Positions 51,752 to 61,321 of a stretch of DNA of 64,000 nt are shown here, piece by piece. Below the pieces are notes generated by a model that saw nothing but the letters and a program-made list of their open reading frames with translations, searched no databases and was not told where the DNA came from. Within the stretch, counting starts at the first letter, position 1, and every line of letters begins with the position of its first letter. Made by a program: the position numbers and the translations under genes. Origin of the DNA: an uncultured Deferribacteraceae bacterium (GTDB lineage: Bacteria; Chrysiogenota; Deferribacteres; Deferribacterales; Mucispirillaceae); the NCBI GenBank assembly GCA_947039395.1, contig CAMQYS010000007.1, forward strand, positions 971-64,970, given 5' to 3'.

Positions 51752-52537
51752 ATGATTAAAAGAGCTAATACTCAAAAAGACCATATCGAACAACTTGGTA
51801 GAGCTATTCATCTTGAAAATGTAACTATAGCATACAATAATGACAATGTTATATTACAAAATGCTAGTCTCGAAGTCAGTGGTGGTGCAATGGTTGCAGT
51901 GATGTCTCCTATTGGAAGTGGTAAATCTACTCTACTTAAAACAATATTAGGATTGATAAAACCTATCTCTGGTTATGTGTATGTTTACTCAAGACCTGTT
52001 GATGTTATTGAAAATAATATTATTGCGATAGTACCTCTAAAAAAAGAGATCAGCTGGAACTTTCCTATTACTGTAAATGAACTTGTTCTACTTGGAAGAT
52101 ATGATTATCTAAAATATAAACTGTTTGTCTCTCAAAATGATAAAGATGTTGTAGCAGATATTTTGAAAAGAATGAATTTAACAAATAAAAAAAATACAAT
52201 CATATCTGAATTATCTGAAAATGATAAACAAAAAGTTATAATAGCTAGAGCGATCGTTCAAGATGCAAGAATTATATTACTAGATGAACCTTTAGCGATA
52301 AGTAGCATAGATGATAAAAAAATAATAATTGATGTCCTAAAAGAAGAGAATAAAAAAGGCAAAACTATAGTTCTTGCACATCATGATGTTATGAACATAC
52401 CTGATATGTTCTCTCAAATTATTGTTATAAAAGATAAGAAATTAGTAACAGCTAAAAGTAAAAACAGTTCAGCTTCAAAAAATATACCCTTTATAAGTGA
52501 TTCCATATCTCTAAAGGATGTAGATCTCGGTATATAA
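51752..52537 (+). CDS. metal ABC transporter ATP-binding protein
   Basis: Walker A SPIGSGKST, signature LSENDKQK (divergent), Walker B ILLDEP. Confidence 0.87.
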   Translation: MIKRANTQKDHIEQLGRAIHLENVTIAYNNDNVILQNASLEVSGGAMVAVMSPIGSGKSTLLKTILGLIKPISGYVYVYSRPVDVIENNIIAIVPLKKEISWNFPITVNELVLLGRYDYLKYKLFVSQNDKDVVADILKRMNLTNKKNTIISELSENDKQKVIIARAIVQDARIILLDEPLAISSIDDKKIIIDVLKEENKKGKTIVLAHHDVMNIPDMFSQIIVIKDKKLVTAKSKNSSASKNIPFISDSISLKDVDLGI

Positions 52538-52539
52538 CT

Positions 52540-53409
52540 ATGATAGATATTTTAAGTACATCAGATTTAATGTTAATTATCCAACTCTCCGTTGCCTTAG
52601 GAATTGCAACAGCTATTAATGGAGTAATATTCTCTCTTAGGGATGAAACAAGAATAATAACACTTGTGACTTATTCCTCATCAATTGGAAATGCATTAGC
52701 GTTATTCTTCGTGGGTGCGACTGCCTTCTATGTAAATATGTTATTAGCGATACCTGTAGTATTGTTCATACTAGCAATAAGTAAAGCGATTGAATATACT
52801 AATAAGGTTTCTAAAAATATTGTAACAACAACAATGACTACTGTATCGTTTGCAACAGTTATCGTACTTCTATCATATATTGATAGAAACTTTGAAACAC
52901 ATCAAATAAATTTCACTATGTATCTACTTGGAAATATTAGATTTTTTGAAAGTAAAGAGATCAATCTGATATTCTATATATCTATGTTTATTGCAATAAT
53001 ATCAGTTGTAAACATTAATAGAATTAAACAAAATATCTTCGATAAACATTATCTTATAACTAATAGCGTAAAATATAATATATTCAACCTTCTCGTTATC
53101 ATTCAGCTAATTATAACCGTTATTGCAAGCAGTCAGATCGTTGGGATAATATTTGCACCAGGTTTTATAATCTTACCAGTTGTTATAATTAAATACTTTG
53201 TTAAAAGCTTACTACAATTATTTATATTCTCATCGCTGCTATCATCAGTTTCTCTATTTGTAGGGATATATGGGTCATTACTTCTACCACTTTTCTCAAC
53301 AGGAGTTATTATTATATTAACTGTTACTTTTTTTGTTCTAATATTAATAGCTTGTAAATTTATTATTAATAAACAAGTGATAAAAAAAAATCGATTGAAG
53401 GTGACATAA
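52540..53409 (+). CDS. metal ABC transporter permease (ABC-3 family)
   Basis: Polytopic, about 289 aa, position and size typical of TroC/ZnuB. Confidence 0.83.
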   Translation: MIDILSTSDLMLIIQLSVALGIATAINGVIFSLRDETRIITLVTYSSSIGNALALFFVGATAFYVNMLLAIPVVLFILAISKAIEYTNKVSKNIVTTTMTTVSFATVIVLLSYIDRNFETHQINFTMYLLGNIRFFESKEINLIFYISMFIAIISVVNINRIKQNIFDKHYLITNSVKYNIFNLLVIIQLIITVIASSQIVGIIFAPGFIILPVVIIKYFVKSLLQLFIFSSLLSSVSLFVGIYGSLLLPLFSTGVIIILTVTFFVLILIACKFIINKQVIKKNRLKVT

Positions 53410-53410
53410 A

Positions 53411-54529
53411 ATGTTTTTACTAGGTCAGCTTGAAATAATATTAATAATAACATTAGCGTTATCAGCTTGCTCTATTGTTGGCTCTATACTTATTTTCCAA
53501 GGAGCACCCTACTCACCATCATCTATTGGTAGAATAGCTACTTTTGGATTTTCAATAGGGTTTCTATACTCATCAACATTATCATCTGTACCGATAATAT
53601 TCTTCTCTATAATAACGATCTTAATAGTTCAAAACTTAATTAAAAAATTGTGTATTAAAACAACCATATCTGAAGGGGTATTGTATATAGCAGTATCAAC
53701 TATATTATTTGCTATAGGTATTGTTATTATGCATATTCAAACTGTACATAATTTTATAACTACTGATAAAATATTCACAGGCGAACTTGTGTACACTATC
53801 ATAAATAGAATTACAGTTAATGGGTATGATTTCGGTTCAGTATCGTTATATTTATTTAGTATGCTACTTCTCACAAATATACTACTGTTTACAATTAATA
53901 GTAATGGTTTTAAAATATTTTTTATAGATAAAATATATTACCTAAGCTTAAATAAAAATACCGAACTATTAGAATTAATTATATCAGTAATGGTATCTAT
54001 AACTGTTGCATCTACAATACAAGTCACTGGATCGTTCATAGTATCATTATTTGTATTAGGTATACCAATGGTTACTGTTTATTTCGTTAAAAGAATATCA
54101 ACTCTTGCTATATCTGCAATAGCTATATCAACATCGGTTAGTTTTGCAGGGTATTCTATTGCAAAAACATTAAATATATCAATAGTTTCCGTAACAGCTG
54201 CGATCATATCATCACTATTAATCTTATCAGCTTTCCTAGCTCCAGAAAGAGGTGCTATAGCTTTATTTATAAACAATCGTAATGATAGAAAAAATGTGAT
54301 GCTTAATGACTTGTTAAATTATATTTATGAAGCTGGAAAAATAAATCAGCCAAATCAGTATCAATCAATCACTGAAGATATAGCTGATTATCTCAATTGG
54401 GATATAAAATACACATCAAAAATAATTAAACTAGCCTCAATAAGAGCGTTAGTTTTTAAAGATAGTTACGGAATTCTTCAATTAACAGACTTAGGAATAA
54501 AACAAGTTAAGCTTATTAATAATGTATAG
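53411..54529 (+). CDS. metal ABC transporter permease fused to a C-terminal DtxR-type winged-helix domain
   Basis: Residues 1-285 are a polytopic ABC-3-like permease. Residues about 291-372 (LLNYIYEAGK...ITEDIADYLNWDIKYTSKIIKLASIRALVFKDSYGILQLTDLGIKQV) align with the DtxR/MntR N-terminal HTH. Confidence 0.8.
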   Translation: MFLLGQLEIILIITLALSACSIVGSILIFQGAPYSPSSIGRIATFGFSIGFLYSSTLSSVPIIFFSIITILIVQNLIKKLCIKTTISEGVLYIAVSTILFAIGIVIMHIQTVHNFITTDKIFTGELVYTIINRITVNGYDFGSVSLYLFSMLLLTNILLFTINSNGFKIFFIDKIYYLSLNKNTELLELIISVMVSITVASTIQVTGSFIVSLFVLGIPMVTVYFVKRISTLAISAIAISTSVSFAGYSIAKTLNISIVSVTAAIISSLLILSAFLAPERGAIALFINNRNDRKNVMLNDLLNYIYEAGKINQPNQYQSITEDIADYLNWDIKYTSKIIKLASIRALVFKDSYGILQLTDLGIKQVKLINNV

Positions 54530-54537
54530 AGGATAAA

Positions 54538-54840
54538 ATGGATAATTTAAAGTTAGTTAAAATGGTATCAGGTGAGTTCATGTTAGGAGAGGAAGAAAAT
54601 GGCAATCTTAAAGATATAGCTGTATTGCAAGTTATACCTCAGCAAAACGGAGCAGTATCGCTTACACTAATACCGATAGGTTTCCCTTTTGAGCAACAAT
54701 TAACAGATACAACTGTGCCTTACAGCATGGTGATGTATGAAGTTAAAAATATCCCTGCTGAACTAAAAGATAGATATGTTGAGTTAAAATCAAATATTAA
54801 AATAGCAAGACCTGATCCAAGTGGTAAAGTAATATTGTGA
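54538..54840 (+). CDS. hypothetical 100-aa protein
   Basis: Clean ORF, 4-nt overlap (GTGA) with the next gene. No family recognised. Confidence 0.5.
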   Translation: MDNLKLVKMVSGEFMLGEEENGNLKDIAVLQVIPQQNGAVSLTLIPIGFPFEQQLTDTTVPYSMVMYEVKNIPAELKDRYVELKSNIKIARPDPSGKVIL

Positions 54841-55379
54841 AATCATTTTGGAAATTGATAGATAGTACTATAGCTTTTAACGATAGAATAATATCTATAC
54901 ATCATAATAAATATCATTACAGTAAAATTGATAAGTCGATGGTGTTTACTACTATAACTTTAAATGATTGGGTAATTATCGTACCTATTACTACAGATGG
55001 AAAATTTATAGTAGTTAAACAATTTAGAGCAGGGACAGATAAGGTAGTATTAGAGTTTCCAGGAGGTGCAGTAGATGCTGATGAACATTCAGATATTGCA
55101 GCAAAAAGAGAGCTTTTAGAAGAAACTGGAGCTACGTTTAAAGATATATTTAAAGCATCAACAATAACACCGAATCCAGCACTTATGAGTAATTATTGCC
55201 ATGTATATGTAGCAACTGATTGTGTTATTGATCAGAAACAGAATTTAGATCTATTTGAAGATATAGAGTTAGAGTTTTATAGTAGAAATGAATTAGAGGA
55301 TATGATTAGAAGTGGTGAGTTTAATCAAGGGATATCTTTAGCCGCATACTCATTATATTTACTAAACTCTTGTCGTTAA
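54837..55379 (+). CDS. NUDIX hydrolase (ADP-ribose pyrophosphatase-like)
   Basis: Nudix box GGAVDADEHSDIAAKRELLEETGA. GTG start. Confidence 0.85.
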   Translation: MKSFWKLIDSTIAFNDRIISIHHNKYHYSKIDKSMVFTTITLNDWVIIVPITTDGKFIVVKQFRAGTDKVVLEFPGGAVDADEHSDIAAKRELLEETGATFKDIFKASTITPNPALMSNYCHVYVATDCVIDQKQNLDLFEDIELEFYSRNELEDMIRSGEFNQGISLAAYSLYLLNSCR

Positions 55380-55393
55380 TAAGAGTGTAAGTT

Positions 55394-56491
55394 GTGCGTG
55401 GTTTATATATTCATATCCCATTTTGTAGATCAAAATGTCCCTATTGTAGTTTCTACTCATATATTGAAAAAGATGAAACTATTATTGAAAAATATTTTAA
55501 CACTTTAATAGAAGAGATAAAGAGTTACAATAACTTATCTTTTGATACAATCTATATAGGTGGAGGAACTCCTTCTTCTGTCAACCCTAAGATATTAGAT
55601 GTTTTTTTTAATTCACTTTTTAAATTAATTAAATATAGTGGAGAAGAGTTTACGATTGAGGTTAATCCAAATTCTTTCACTAAAGATTTTATAGAAGTAA
55701 TTAGTAGATATAGTATAGATAGAATTTCAATGGGTGTTCAATCACTTGATAATAATGTTTTAAAGTTATTAGGTAGAGATCATAATGCAGACGATATATA
55801 TAAAACATTAGAGCTGATTGATTTAGAAAAATTTAGATTAAATCTAGATATTATATACGATATTCCAACTGTAGATGATAAGATTATTTTTGATACTTTA
55901 ACTAATATTATAAATATTAACCCATCACATATTTCGGCATACTCATATCAACATGAAGATACTGGATATCTTGCAAACTGCATTGATTTAGATAAAACTA
56001 TCTTTTTAGATATAGAGAAACAAATGTGTGAAAATGGATATGAAAAATATGAAGTATCAAATTTTTCAAAAAAAGGAATGGAATCTAAACATAATATGAT
56101 ATACTGGAATATGAATGAATATATTGGAATTGGTAGTTCTGCATCATCTATGTATCATAACGATAAAGACATTCGTATCAGATATACAAATACAGCAGAT
56201 ATTAAAAAATATATAGAAGGTATTCAAAACCTTGAAAAAGTATTTGATGATTATGAAGAGTTAGATATTGATAAACAGATCTCAGAGTCTCTTATATTTG
56301 GTTTACGATTAAGAGATGGTATAGATATCTGTGAGATAGAGAAAAGATATGAAAAAAATATTTCCGATACTATTAAAAAAAATATAGATATACTTATATC
56401 TAAGGAATTGTTAAAATGTCAAAAGGAAAAACTGATTGCAACAGAAAGAGGAAGAGAAGTTTTGGATACTTTATCATTGTATCTGCTATGA
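55394..56491 (+). CDS. hemW: radical SAM haem chaperone HemW (HemN-like, oxygen-independent coproporphyrinogen oxidase family)
   Basis: LYIHIPFCRSKCPYCSF, GGGTPS, C-terminal HemN_C-like domain. GTG start with AAGAG SD. Confidence 0.88.
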   Translation: MRGLYIHIPFCRSKCPYCSFYSYIEKDETIIEKYFNTLIEEIKSYNNLSFDTIYIGGGTPSSVNPKILDVFFNSLFKLIKYSGEEFTIEVNPNSFTKDFIEVISRYSIDRISMGVQSLDNNVLKLLGRDHNADDIYKTLELIDLEKFRLNLDIIYDIPTVDDKIIFDTLTNIININPSHISAYSYQHEDTGYLANCIDLDKTIFLDIEKQMCENGYEKYEVSNFSKKGMESKHNMIYWNMNEYIGIGSSASSMYHNDKDIRIRYTNTADIKKYIEGIQNLEKVFDDYEELDIDKQISESLIFGLRLRDGIDICEIEKRYEKNISDTIKKNIDILISKELLKCQKEKLIATERGREVLDTLSLYLL

Positions 56492-56769
56492 CACTTATAT
56501 TTTTCAACTTAAGCACCACCACTGCGATATCTGGGTGTGAAGGCGATTGTATGACATGCCATATTGATCTATCAGATAGTAGTGATCATCAATCATTAAA
56601 AACTTGTGTGTCTTGTCACGCAGAAAGTAACGCTAAGTCGTTAAACTTATTTACAGGAGCATCGGTTGAGGGTGGCTGTGGTGCAAGATGTTTTACCTGC
56701 CATGTTGATTGGCCTCAAGACTCTGCACATATATCACTTGATACATGCTTAAACTGTCATGAAAAATAA
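56416..56769 (+). CDS. small tetrahaem c-type cytochrome (two doubled-CXXCH units), probable lipoprotein
   Basis: CMTCH, CVSCH, CFTCH, CLNCH. Leader MSKGKTDCNRKRKRSFGYFIIVSAMTLIFFNLSTTTAISGC. AAGGA SD 9 nt before the ATG at 56416. Alternative ATG at 56488 (ATGA overlap with the hemW stop). Confidence 0.8.
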   Translation: MSKGKTDCNRKRKRSFGYFIIVSAMTLIFFNLSTTTAISGCEGDCMTCHIDLSDSSDHQSLKTCVSCHAESNAKSLNLFTGASVEGGCGARCFTCHVDWPQDSAHISLDTCLNCHEK

Positions 56770-56790
56770 TATTAATTTGAAAGAGGTACT

Positions 56791-58515
56791 ATCATTCTTA
56801 AGCGATTATGGACATATTTTAGACGATATAAAAAGTTTCTAGCAGTTGCAGTAACTGCATCTCTAGCAACAGCTGGGACTGATGCTACATTAGCGTATTT
56901 AGTAAAGCCATTCATGGATGGAATATTTATTGATAAAAATATAACATTACTTAAAGTTATGCCTCTACTTATCGTAGTTGCCTACTTGTCAAAAGGTATT
57001 TTCAGATTTTTACAAGTATATTTTATGAGATATGTAGGACAAAAGGTAATTGAACAAATTAGAAATGAATTATTTGAAAAGATCGTCAACCTTCCTCTAA
57101 ACTTCTTTAACGTAACATCTACAGGTGTATTAATGTCAAGAATAACAAACGATGTTAATCTTGTTCAACAATCAATTCAGATAGTAATCTCTCTTATAAG
57201 AGAGATAGTAACTGTTATCGGTTTAATCGCAGTAATTATATATATGGATTGGAAGTTAGCATTAGCAACGATACTCTGTTACCCACTTCTTATTCATCCA
57301 CTTAGAATAATCAGTCGTAGACTTAGACGACTAAGTAGAAAAGATCAAGAGATGATGGGTGGACTATCATCTATGTTACAAGAAGCGTTTTCAGGTATAC
57401 GTATAGTTAAAGCGTTTACTTCTGAAAAAAAAGAAATAGCTAAATTTAATAAACTCAATGGAGTTGTAGTAGGATATGTAATAAAATCTATCAAAACAGC
57501 TGAACTATCATCACCTCTTATGGAGTTTATATCTTCATTAGGTTTCGCTGCAATCATTTATTTTGGAGGAATGCAAGTTATAAATGGAACAAGTACTCCA
57601 GGTACATTTTTCTCATTTTTAGCCGCAGCATTAATGGTTTACCGTCCTATTAAATCAATCGGAAACTCAAATAATGCTATACAACAAGCTATCGCTGCTG
57701 CAGAAAGAATATTTAGTATTCTTGATCTAGAAAATAATATCGTAGCTAATAATGGTAGCATTATATGTAATGCAAAAGAGAAGGATATTGAGTTTCGTAA
57801 TGTGTCATTCAAATATGAGGGTACTGAAAAATTAGTTTTAAATGATATCAACCTAAAAATTAAAGCAGGGCAACAGATAGCATTTGTAGGCTCATCAGGT
57901 GCAGGAAAAACAACAATTGCGAACCTTATACCAAGATTTTTTGAGATAACTTCTGGCTCATTAATGATCGGTGGAGTTGATATAAGAGATTTTGATTTAA
58001 AATCATTACGATCAGAGATAAGTATCGTATCACAAGAACCATTCTTATTTAACGATACTATTGCAAATAATATCGCATACGGTAGAAATGAAGACGTACC
58101 TAAAGAAGATATAGTAAGTGCTGCAAAGGCTGCATTTGCTGATGAATTTATTAGCCAAATCCCTACAGGTTACGATACAGAGATAGGTGAGAGAGGAATA
58201 ATCTTATCAGGAGGACAGAAACAGCGTTTAACAATAGCTAGAGCATTACTTAAAAACTCTCCTATACTTATCCTTGATGAAGCTACAAGCTCCCTTGATA
58301 CTGAAAGTGAACGCTTAGTACAAAAAGCGTTGGATAATCTTATGAAAGGAAGAACAGCTCTTATCATAGCTCATAGATTATCAACTATTCTTGAGGCTGA
58401 TATGATCGTTGTCTTAAATGAAAATAAAGTCGAAGCAACTGGTAGACATGAAGAGTTACTAAAAATATCTCCAACTTATAGTAGATTATATAAGATGCAA
58501 TTTAATATGGAGTAA
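56791..58515 (+). CDS. msbA: lipid A/LPS flippase-type ABC exporter
   Basis: TMD plus NBD (GSSGAGKTT, LSGGQKQR, ILILDEATS). The conserved N-terminus LKRLWTYFRRYKKFLAVAVTASL... lies upstream of the track's ATG (56914). The frame opens at 56776, and the only candidate starts are ATC 56791 and ATT 56794, after an AAGAGG SD. Confidence 0.85.
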   Translation: MILKRLWTYFRRYKKFLAVAVTASLATAGTDATLAYLVKPFMDGIFIDKNITLLKVMPLLIVVAYLSKGIFRFLQVYFMRYVGQKVIEQIRNELFEKIVNLPLNFFNVTSTGVLMSRITNDVNLVQQSIQIVISLIREIVTVIGLIAVIIYMDWKLALATILCYPLLIHPLRIISRRLRRLSRKDQEMMGGLSSMLQEAFSGIRIVKAFTSEKKEIAKFNKLNGVVVGYVIKSIKTAELSSPLMEFISSLGFAAIIYFGGMQVINGTSTPGTFFSFLAAALMVYRPIKSIGNSNNAIQQAIAAAERIFSILDLENNIVANNGSIICNAKEKDIEFRNVSFKYEGTEKLVLNDINLKIKAGQQIAFVGSSGAGKTTIANLIPRFFEITSGSLMIGGVDIRDFDLKSLRSEISIVSQEPFLFNDTIANNIAYGRNEDVPKEDIVSAAKAAFADEFISQIPTGYDTEIGERGIILSGGQKQRLTIARALLKNSPILILDEATSSLDTESERLVQKALDNLMKGRTALIIAHRLSTILEADMIVVLNENKVEATGRHEELLKISPTYSRLYKMQFNME

Positions 58516-58520
58516 TAACT

Positions 58521-59540
58521 ATGATACCTAACTCAATTGCGATATCACGAACAGATAAAATTGGCGATCTAATACTCTCTATCCCATCAATTCTTATGAC
58601 AAGAGTTCTATACCCTGATGCGTATATTATTCTACTTGTAAACTCATATAATTATCAAATAGTGAAATATCTTGATATAGTAAACGAAATAATAAAAATT
58701 GATGAGATGAATGAAAAAGAAGTAATTAAAAGATTACAAATTAATCAAACAGATATATTCATAGCTCTATACACTGATAGTAAAATAGGACGAATAGCTA
58801 AAAAGTCAGGTATCAAAAAACGTGTTGCACCATTATCAAAACTTCACTCATACCTTGCATATAATTATGGAGTAAAACAATCTCGTTCTGAGTCTATCAA
58901 AAACGAAGCAGAGTATAATCTTGATCTTATAATGAGTTTAAATAAAGCAGAGTTTAAAGATAGATATACAATAGATAAAAAAATTAAATACTCTGATAGC
59001 AATAAAAAAAATATAGAAGAGTTTCTAATTAAAGCAGATATACGTAACGACTTTATAATCATATCTCCATTTACAGGAGGCAGCTGTAAAAACTTATCTA
59101 TTGAAGAGTATGCTAAACTCATAAATAAGATATCTGTTAATTTAAAAAATAATGTTAAAATTGTTATAGCTGCGTCTCAAGATAATAAACAATATCTAAA
59201 TAATTTCGACCAAAGAAAAGTAACTACTTTTATTAACGATGACGATATATTAAATCTAGCAGCATTAATTGATAAGTCATCATTATTCATCGGTGCTTCA
59301 ACAGGCACTACACATATTGCTGGCAACCTTAGAAAAAGATGTGTTGCGATTTATCCAGCTAAACCTACTCAATCTAAAACAAGATGGGGATTGTTTGGAA
59401 ATGATAATAATACTTTATATATCGTACCCGATGAGTTTAAAAAAAATGAGGATTACTCTAAAATCTTATTTCAAAATATTACAGAAGAGGATATAAATAA
59501 ATACGCTAAAGAAATTACGGACTACTATAATGAAAAATAA
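58521..59540 (+). CDS. family 9 glycosyltransferase (LPS heptosyltransferase-like)
   Basis: ISRTDKIGDLILSIPS N-terminus and GASTGTTHIAG C-terminal motif, typical of GT9. Confidence 0.83.
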   Translation: MIPNSIAISRTDKIGDLILSIPSILMTRVLYPDAYIILLVNSYNYQIVKYLDIVNEIIKIDEMNEKEVIKRLQINQTDIFIALYTDSKIGRIAKKSGIKKRVAPLSKLHSYLAYNYGVKQSRSESIKNEAEYNLDLIMSLNKAEFKDRYTIDKKIKYSDSNKKNIEEFLIKADIRNDFIIISPFTGGSCKNLSIEEYAKLINKISVNLKNNVKIVIAASQDNKQYLNNFDQRKVTTFINDDDILNLAALIDKSSLFIGASTGTTHIAGNLRKRCVAIYPAKPTQSKTRWGLFGNDNNTLYIVPDEFKKNEDYSKILFQNITEEDINKYAKEITDYYNEK

Positions 59541-60312
59541 AAAAACTTTATCAGTATGTATTATAACCTTTAATGAAGAAGATAATATAGGAAATACATT
59601 AGCACATATACAACATATCGCAGATGAAATAGTAATAGTCGATAGCTACTCTACAGATAAAACAGTTGAAATATGTAAAAAATATACATCTAAAATATTC
59701 TCACATAAATGGGAAGGTTTTATCAAACAAAAAAATATAGCCTTAAATAAATGTAAATCTGATTTTATATTATCAATCGATGCTGATGAAGAGATCACTA
59801 AAAAATTAGCTGATGAAATCGTAGATAAAATTAATAACTTACATCACGATGGATATATAATAAATAGAAAAACAAAATATCTTGGCAAAATATTAAAACA
59901 CTCTTGGCAACCAGATAATAAATTACGTCTTGTAAAAAAAGATGCATTTCCAAAGTGGCATGGAGAAATCGTGCATGAGAGCTTGAAAATTCAAAGCTCA
60001 ATGATTGTAAATTTAGATAACTATCTTATCCACCATTCATATAAAAATATAGAAGATCATAACTCTAAAACATTAAAGTATGCGATGTTATCAGCACTTA
60101 GCTATCATAAAATAGGCAAACAATCTTCTATATTAAAACTACTCTTCTCCCCTACTTTCAATTTTATAAAAATGTACTTTTTTAGATTAGGTTTTTTAGA
60201 TGGAATAGAAGGGCTTATCGCTGCAAGAAGCGGATATATATATACATATCTAAAATATCTATATTTATATGAGCTTAATAAAAAACCTATAAACAATGAG
60301 GATACAAAATAA
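59530..60312 (+). CDS. family 2 glycosyltransferase (LPS core, WaaE/KdtX-like)
   Basis: LSVCIITFNEEDNI...VDSYSTDKT...SIDADE motifs. Confidence 0.83.
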   Translation: MKNKKTLSVCIITFNEEDNIGNTLAHIQHIADEIVIVDSYSTDKTVEICKKYTSKIFSHKWEGFIKQKNIALNKCKSDFILSIDADEEITKKLADEIVDKINNLHHDGYIINRKTKYLGKILKHSWQPDNKLRLVKKDAFPKWHGEIVHESLKIQSSMIVNLDNYLIHHSYKNIEDHNSKTLKYAMLSALSYHKIGKQSSILKLLFSPTFNFIKMYFFRLGFLDGIEGLIAARSGYIYTYLKYLYLYELNKKPINNEDTK

Positions 60313-61220
60313 TGAAAGTTATATCAATCGGTAATTTAAGTATGGGTGGTACTGGTAAAACACCTCACACCATACATTTAGCAAAAATCTTCAACTCTTA
60401 TGGAAGAGTTGTAACTATTTTATCAAGAGGATATAAAGGATTGCTAGGTAACTTATTAAATGTTATATCTGATGGACATCAAATATTCTACTCACCACCT
60501 CAAGCAAGTGACGAAGCTTTTATGATGGCACGCAACTGCGATGGTGTATCCATTATCACAGGAGTTGATAGAAACGCTTCACTCAAATATGCAGTTAAAA
60601 ATTTTAACTCCGATCTAGCTATTTTAGATGATGCTTATCAATATAAAAAGATAGATAAAAATATTGAAATACTTCTACTTGATGCAAAAAATCCTATCTC
60701 AACAGGTTTTATATTTCCATTTGGTTATCTAAGAGAGATGCCTTCAAATATGAATAGAGCAGATATAATTATTTTTACTAACTCTAATGATAATACTATT
60801 CCAGAGAAGGTAAAGAAATATATTAAACCTCATCAGAAAGTATTCTTCTCTCGCTACACTAAACCTGTTCTAATTAAAGATGGTGAAGAGCATGATATAT
60901 CTAATCTAAAAGATAAAAAAGTGACTGCATACTCTGCACTCGCAAATAATCGTTCGTTTTACGATCTCTTAATAGCAAACTCTATTGATGTTATATCTTT
61001 TAAAACATTTATTGATCACAAAAAATTATCTAACTCAACACTAGATAAAATAATTGATAATGGATTAGAAAAATTAACCACAGAGTTTATCACAACAGAG
61101 AAAGATTATGTTAAATTAGAAGGTACTTATGCTCGTATCTTCTCATATATAAAAGTAGATCTAGAGATTGATAATGAAGAAGAGTTGATCTCATTAATAA
61201 AAGACAGAATAAAAGAATAA
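60312..61220 (+). CDS. lpxK: tetraacyldisaccharide 4'-kinase
   Basis: ISIGNLSMGGTGKTP P-loop, SRGYKG, DDAYQ. TAATG overlap with the upstream gene. Confidence 0.9.
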   Translation: MKVISIGNLSMGGTGKTPHTIHLAKIFNSYGRVVTILSRGYKGLLGNLLNVISDGHQIFYSPPQASDEAFMMARNCDGVSIITGVDRNASLKYAVKNFNSDLAILDDAYQYKKIDKNIEILLLDAKNPISTGFIFPFGYLREMPSNMNRADIIIFTNSNDNTIPEKVKKYIKPHQKVFFSRYTKPVLIKDGEEHDISNLKDKKVTAYSALANNRSFYDLLIANSIDVISFKTFIDHKKLSNSTLDKIIDNGLEKLTTEFITTEKDYVKLEGTYARIFSYIKVDLEIDNEEELISLIKDRIKE

Positions 61221-61321
61221 ATACAACTATATTATTATAAAGTAAATTAAGTATATAAAAAAACTTGATATTTTACAGATATTCATGTAAAAGTAGAAGA
61301 TCAATTTATTGGGGAAAAGTA

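Noticed and set aside
53382-53390. An A9 homopolymer 17 nt before the stop of the first permease gene, considered as a phase-variation switch.
   Set aside because: A slip of +1 or -1 only changes the last few residues and hits a stop within a few codons. No fusion or loss of the downstream gene start is predicted.
1168-61321. N-terminal extensions in the ORF track for queE (to 1224), galE (2301), rfbB (7530), the YjfB-like gene (7839), bioY (10275), the oxidoreductase (20454), mreB (44587) and the aminotransferase (61265).
   Set aside because: The extensions are non-conserved leader-like junk. Internal ATGs with SD sites coincide with the family-typical N-termini.
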